Below, in pieces: positions 60,139 to 64,000 of a stretch of DNA of 64,000 nucleotides. The position numbers and the translations under genes are program-made. The notes under the pieces were generated by a model, which did no database searches, had not been told where the DNA came from, and saw only the letters and a list, made by a program, of their open reading frames with translations. The stretch is from Escherichia phage vB_Eco_ZCEC15: sequence record PQ871103.1. One strand, written 5' to 3'. Position 1 is the first letter of the stretch, and each line of letters starts with the position of its first letter.

Positions 60139-60398
60139 TTAAAGTATTCCCGCAATTGGTCAAATCCACCAATATGACTTCCATCAGGAGCAAATACTTG
60201 CGGCATTGTCAAACCAATTTGAGTATCACGACCTAGTTTCGTCAGAAGCTCAGCGATTTTCTCATCATCAAAAACACCTTTTTCCGGCATAATGTTGATA
60301 AATTCAAACGGCTGTTTCTTCACAGTCAAAAGACGTTTTGCATTATCACAATACACGCATTTATGGATACTGCTATCATAACCATATACTTTAAACAT
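60135..60398 (-). CDS. nrdC: thioredoxin/glutaredoxin NrdC
   Basis: 87 aa MFKVYGYDSSIHKCVYCDNAKRLL.. with CVYC redox motif; size matches T4 NrdC. Confidence 0.85.
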   Translation of the reverse strand: MFKVYGYDSSIHKCVYCDNAKRLLTVKKQPFEFINIMPEKGVFDDEKIAELLTKLGRDTQIGLTMPQVFAPDGSHIGGFDQLREYFK

Positions 60399-60399
60399 A

Positions 60400-60657
60400 T
60401 TATTCCTTAATTCCTAGTACTTGTTTAAAAGTCTCGTCGTAATCAAGACTTTGGCCAGTTTGTTCTTTATGTTTGTATATAATATCACTTACTTCTGATA
60501 GCATATTTTTATATGAACGAGTTAAAGCAGATTTAAGCACGCTGTATCTATCAGGAAATTTACCATGTTCATAATAATAAGCTATTGCTAATTCGCGGAC
60601 TGCCATTTCAGCAGTCTTCATATATTCTTTACGCTTGGACATTTTCTTCTCTCTCAA
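60400..60657 (-). CDS. hypothetical protein 85 aa
   Basis: ORF directly downstream of nrdC-upstream genes. Confidence 0.45.
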   Translation of the reverse strand: MREKKMSKRKEYMKTAEMAVRELAIAYYYEHGKFPDRYSVLKSALTRSYKNMLSEVSDIIYKHKEQTGQSLDYDETFKQVLGIKE

Positions 60658-60946
60658 ATCGGTGTTTACAATGACGACATTTATAACGAAGATTACTAGT
60701 CTGCCAATGAACTAATTGTACCTGTTCAGTACCGCATTCAGGACAATTAGGAACGCTTTTAGAAGCCCTTTCGCGACGTTCAACCATAGCCATAATGGCA
60801 TCCCAAGCTGGAGGTTTAAAATCTAAATCATCGCAACCATGAATCTTTCCACGCATTTCCAGATCGTCTTCTTCACCAGCCATAATAATTTTAATTAGAC
60901 TGGAATTACTTGAAGCTGCAATATCTTCTAATAAGCGCTTTTTCAT
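60629..60946 (-). CDS. zinc-ribbon protein 105 aa
   Basis: [13 protein letters not shown] Cys4 ribbon. Confidence 0.5.
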   Translation of the reverse strand: MKKRLLEDIAASSNSSLIKIIMAGEEDDLEMRGKIHGCDDLDFKPPAWDAIMAMVERRERASKSVPNCPECGTEQVQLVHWQTSNLRYKCRHCKHRFEREENVQA

Positions 60947-61872
60947 TTCAATACCTCAATAGCATTACGTAAACCATTTGCTTTTGCATTAAGAGCTTTT
61001 AACAATTTGGTGTGTTCGGCAATCTGGGCTTCAACTTCAATTAAACGAGCATTGAGATATTCACGTTCTTCGCTCAGGTTATCAACCTTTTCTACTTTAG
61101 GTTCTTTTACAGCTGTCTTATATGTATTAGGGTTCTTCAGTTTAATTAGAATGCGTGAACTGTATAACATTGAACCATTATCTTCGGTTTCGTCATACAT
61201 TTCTACTACGTCCATGATTTTTAACATCATGCGGAGTTTATAAGACAACGAACGAATAGTTTTGTTGTGCTTATTAATTTCTCTAGAGTTCATGGTGCCG
61301 AGATTACGTGAGTAATAATAAGGAACCTGGATATTAATTAGCACTGATGAACCACCTGGCTTATGTGTTACTTCATCAGCAATAACCCAGTCCTTAACAT
61401 GAACTGTATTTGTACGGTCATCACCAGCAGTAAATAGTTTGCGAGCATGCTTAAAAAGCATATTCACTTGGGTATTGAATTGACAAGCAAATTGACAAGC
61501 AAATTTAGTTTCAGGAATGGTAGATAACCAATCAGCCAAATGGGTCTTTTTAACATCGTTAACAATAGTAAATTTAACCAAATCGGTTATAGATGTCGTA
61601 GATTTAATGAAGCTCGGCTTCATAAAGTTTTTAATGTTATCGCGAGCTACAGTAGAAGATAACATACGAGAACGTTTAAACCATTCAAGCAAATTGCCTA
61701 ACGAATGAGAATAAGCGTTTTGAGTATCTTTACAGATATGATTTTCCTGGCCAACATATTGAAGGAAATCACGAAGAATATTATTGATTACTGCTCTGTG
61801 TCCGATATTATAATTACGGTGTTTAGTAATAAGGCTGTCAAAATAATCAATATAATGTTTACGAGTTTTCAT
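60943..61872 (-). CDS. hypothetical protein 309 aa, paralog A with C-terminal coiled coil
   Basis: ATG start; C-terminal [37 protein letters not shown]; contains in-frame 12-bp tandem duplication (FACQFACQ). Confidence 0.55.
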   Translation of the reverse strand: MKTRKHYIDYFDSLITKHRNYNIGHRAVINNILRDFLQYVGQENHICKDTQNAYSHSLGNLLEWFKRSRMLSSTVARDNIKNFMKPSFIKSTTSITDLVKFTIVNDVKKTHLADWLSTIPETKFACQFACQFNTQVNMLFKHARKLFTAGDDRTNTVHVKDWVIADEVTHKPGGSSVLINIQVPYYYSRNLGTMNSREINKHNKTIRSLSYKLRMMLKIMDVVEMYDETEDNGSMLYSSRILIKLKNPNTYKTAVKEPKVEKVDNLSEEREYLNARLIEVEAQIAEHTKLLKALNAKANGLRNAIEVLK

Positions 61873-61924
61873 GTTCTTCTCACTTGGTTAATGATTTATA
61901 CTCCGAGCCATCCTTGGCTTTAAA

Positions 61925-62926
61925 TTACTTAATTAACTGTAAAGCTTGTTCAAGACGATCCAGGCGATTAACAGATTCTTCCCAAATCCTTTTAGCTTGC
62001 TCATATTCTTTCTGCGCTTTATTAGAAATTTCTAGAACTTCTTTATAAGCTTTTTCTAATGCAATAACTTCTGGACGAATTTCTACCGGTTCAGGTGAAT
62101 CGTCAAGACATTCCATTAGTTCCTCAAGGGTAGTTTCTTCTTTAGGAGTATTCACAATTTCTTCACATTTTTGTTGATAAATTTCTTTATCAGTCGGTGA
62201 GTACGCACACTTTACTTCACGGAGACTAACTACAATTTTATATCCTTCCCAACCGCATATATTCTTAAAAGGATAAGTATGAATATTTTCTACTGTTTCC
62301 ATACAAAGTAATGCGGTCTCTAACTGACGAGTTATATCGCTAGCAATTGAGAAAAATTTATTAATGTTCTTTTGATTAGCTTCTGGTGTAAAAAATTCAT
62401 AATTCACAAAAATAGCTGCTTTATTTTTATCAAGTTCATATTCTTTTATGATAATCATATCAGAAGCCCAAGGATGAATTTGACGATAATCGCCATAGCA
62501 TAATTTAGAAGCTGATTTTAGAATTTGCTTTTTGAAAAGTCTGAAATTACTAATCCAACGACGAGTAAAAATATTCTTAGTGTCTTCTTTATTATTAAGA
62601 TGATATGAATTAACATCACCGAACCAATTATATCCTACTACATCTTTAGTTCGTTTAATTTCTTTCCCAAATTTACCGAGAATATCTTGGTTAACTAAAT
62701 ATGAAAGAAGACGAGAACCTTTGAAGGTTTCCTTAATATCATCTTTATATTCGCGACTAGAAATTTTATGAACTTCATGAATAAATTTGTTGGAAGAGAC
62801 AATACTTGCATCAGTATTATTGAGCCATTGATTGATAATGGAAATAACACTATTCTGACTAGACACAGGTTTAACTTTATCATCAATAACGCTATTGAAT
62901 GATTTGATATATTCGTTACGAGTCAT
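61925..62926 (-). CDS. hypothetical protein 333 aa, paralog B with C-terminal coiled coil
   Basis: start set at ATG 62926 with GAGGAGATTAAT SD (ORF-track start lies inside the upstream promoter). Confidence 0.55.
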   Translation of the reverse strand: MTRNEYIKSFNSVIDDKVKPVSSQNSVISIINQWLNNTDASIVSSNKFIHEVHKISSREYKDDIKETFKGSRLLSYLVNQDILGKFGKEIKRTKDVVGYNWFGDVNSYHLNNKEDTKNIFTRRWISNFRLFKKQILKSASKLCYGDYRQIHPWASDMIIIKEYELDKNKAAIFVNYEFFTPEANQKNINKFFSIASDITRQLETALLCMETVENIHTYPFKNICGWEGYKIVVSLREVKCAYSPTDKEIYQQKCEEIVNTPKEETTLEELMECLDDSPEPVEIRPEVIALEKAYKEVLEISNKAQKEYEQAKRIWEESVNRLDRLEQALQLIK

Positions 62927-62954
62927 ATTAATCTCCTCAGTAGAAAGTAAGAAC

Positions 62955-62984
62955 ATTATACCACATCCTTGTGGCAAAGTAAAC
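62955..62984 (-). promoter_or_regulatory. early promoter
   Basis: minus strand GTTTAC TTTGCCACAAGGATGTGG TATAAT; near-identical to the promoter at 15936-15965. Confidence 0.65.
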
Positions 62985-63979
62985 TAGTTTAGTGCATTTA
63001 GTGCATTGTTCAGTTTAGAACGTTGCTTCGTAAGATTTTTGACTTTTTCTTGAGCTTTTTCTAGCATCTTTTCAGCTTCTAACACTTCATTAGTTGCTTT
63101 AACGAGTTCATCATCTACTGCCTTGATAGACTTCTCAATCGCATCCGCATGCCATTTTTCAACAGGTTTAAGACTCGGATTTTCAACAGGAAGAAAATTC
63201 ACTTTATTGAATTTCCATGCATCTTTATTACTTGAACTATACATCCAAAATTTAGGATCGTTTGATGAGTAATTGGATAAATTTAAGTTATCTTGCACTT
63301 CCTGCTTTTTCTCTTGTGGGACTTCGTCCTTTCTCAAAAAACCGTATTTAAATGAAACGATCATATCAAGTTCATACGTTGTTGTATGTTCCCAATTTCG
63401 CTCAAAATGAGGTAAAATCTTAGACTGAACAGCGGCAACAACATCCATATACTTAAATGCTTCTGTCAACTGTGATTTAAGGCATTCGCAAATTGAAAGA
63501 GAATTTTTTGTATTAGGTTTAAAGCTAATTCGCGCAGTTCTGTTATTTTCTTTTAATGGTCTTACTTCCATCTGAAGAGTATAACCATCAAATTTCAGGT
63601 TCTTTAAGTTAATGTCAGAACCTTTTAATCGACTAGCCGTCGACAAAATTTGCTTTAATTGTTTACGGAATAGAGCAATAAATCTCCATTCAAGACGGTA
63701 ATGATTTGGATTGAAAAATCCAGATGATAAATCGACCTTACTTTGGCCAACACCTTGAACAAATAGAGGATTTTTATAATCAATAGTTTTACAGAAATCA
63801 GTGAGCTGCTCACGAGCCGTCATTTGTGTAATATATCCTGCTTGGTTAAAATTGCGCACCCATTCACTGCTGTTCAGATGTTTAAAGGCATGAATGGAAC
63901 AATTAACTTTACCAAGGTCTAAATTATTTTCACACAAAAACGTCATAGCATCACGAGTATAGCTGGCATTACGAACCAT
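62984..63979 (-). CDS. hypothetical protein 331 aa, paralog C with C-terminal coiled coil
   Basis: ATG start at 63979; C-terminal ELVKATNEVLEAEKMLEKAQEKVKNLTKQRSKLNNALNALN. Confidence 0.55.
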   Translation of the reverse strand: MVRNASYTRDAMTFLCENNLDLGKVNCSIHAFKHLNSSEWVRNFNQAGYITQMTAREQLTDFCKTIDYKNPLFVQGVGQSKVDLSSGFFNPNHYRLEWRFIALFRKQLKQILSTASRLKGSDINLKNLKFDGYTLQMEVRPLKENNRTARISFKPNTKNSLSICECLKSQLTEAFKYMDVVAAVQSKILPHFERNWEHTTTYELDMIVSFKYGFLRKDEVPQEKKQEVQDNLNLSNYSSNDPKFWMYSSSNKDAWKFNKVNFLPVENPSLKPVEKWHADAIEKSIKAVDDELVKATNEVLEAEKMLEKAQEKVKNLTKQRSKLNNALNALN

Positions 63980-64000
63980 ATCTTCAATTTGAGAACGAGT

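Overview
This window looks like a segment of a T-even (T4-like, T2-type) enterobacterial myovirus genome. The left end carries plus-strand late genes: long tail fiber distal subunit gp37 (with a C-terminal self-cleaving chaperone-like domain), the glycine-rich adhesin gp38 and holin t. From about 4.7 kb to the end almost everything is on the minus strand in the canonical T4 early/middle order: asiA, arn, motA, 52, small membrane ORFs with stp and ndd, denB, rIIB, rIIA, a single uninterrupted topoisomerase gene 39 (39+60 fused), a motB-like paralog pair, dexA, dda, an apparently frameshifted srd, modA, modB, soc, 56, dam, 61, 61.1/sp/dmd, 41, 40, uvsX, a GT-A glucosyltransferase where T4 has beta-gt, 42, imm, 43, regA, 62, 44, 45, rpbA, 46, 47, alpha-gt, 55, nrdH-like, nrdG, nrdD, 49, nrdC and a terminal trio of paralogs. 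Regulatory signals visible by eye include about 15 T4-type early promoters (GTTTAC -35 and TATAAT-like -10 on the minus strand), two MotA-box middle promoters, TATAAATA late promoters and a family of near-identical UUCG-tetraloop hairpins. Accessory content comprises three homing-endonuclease-like genes (two GIY-YIG, one HNH on the opposite strand), a dam-coupled PD-(D/E)xK-like ORF with a divergent small membrane ORF, and tandem paralog sets. The best candidate for something undescribed is the dam-coupled nuclease-like ORF; I did not find a clearly novel multi-gene system. No rRNA, tRNA or CRISPR was recognised. All identifications rest on remembered T4 protein sequences, sizes and gene order; no database search or computation was possible. 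Several ORF-track starts are non-ATG codons shown as M, and I trimmed those to the first ATG with a Shine-Dalgarno where noted.
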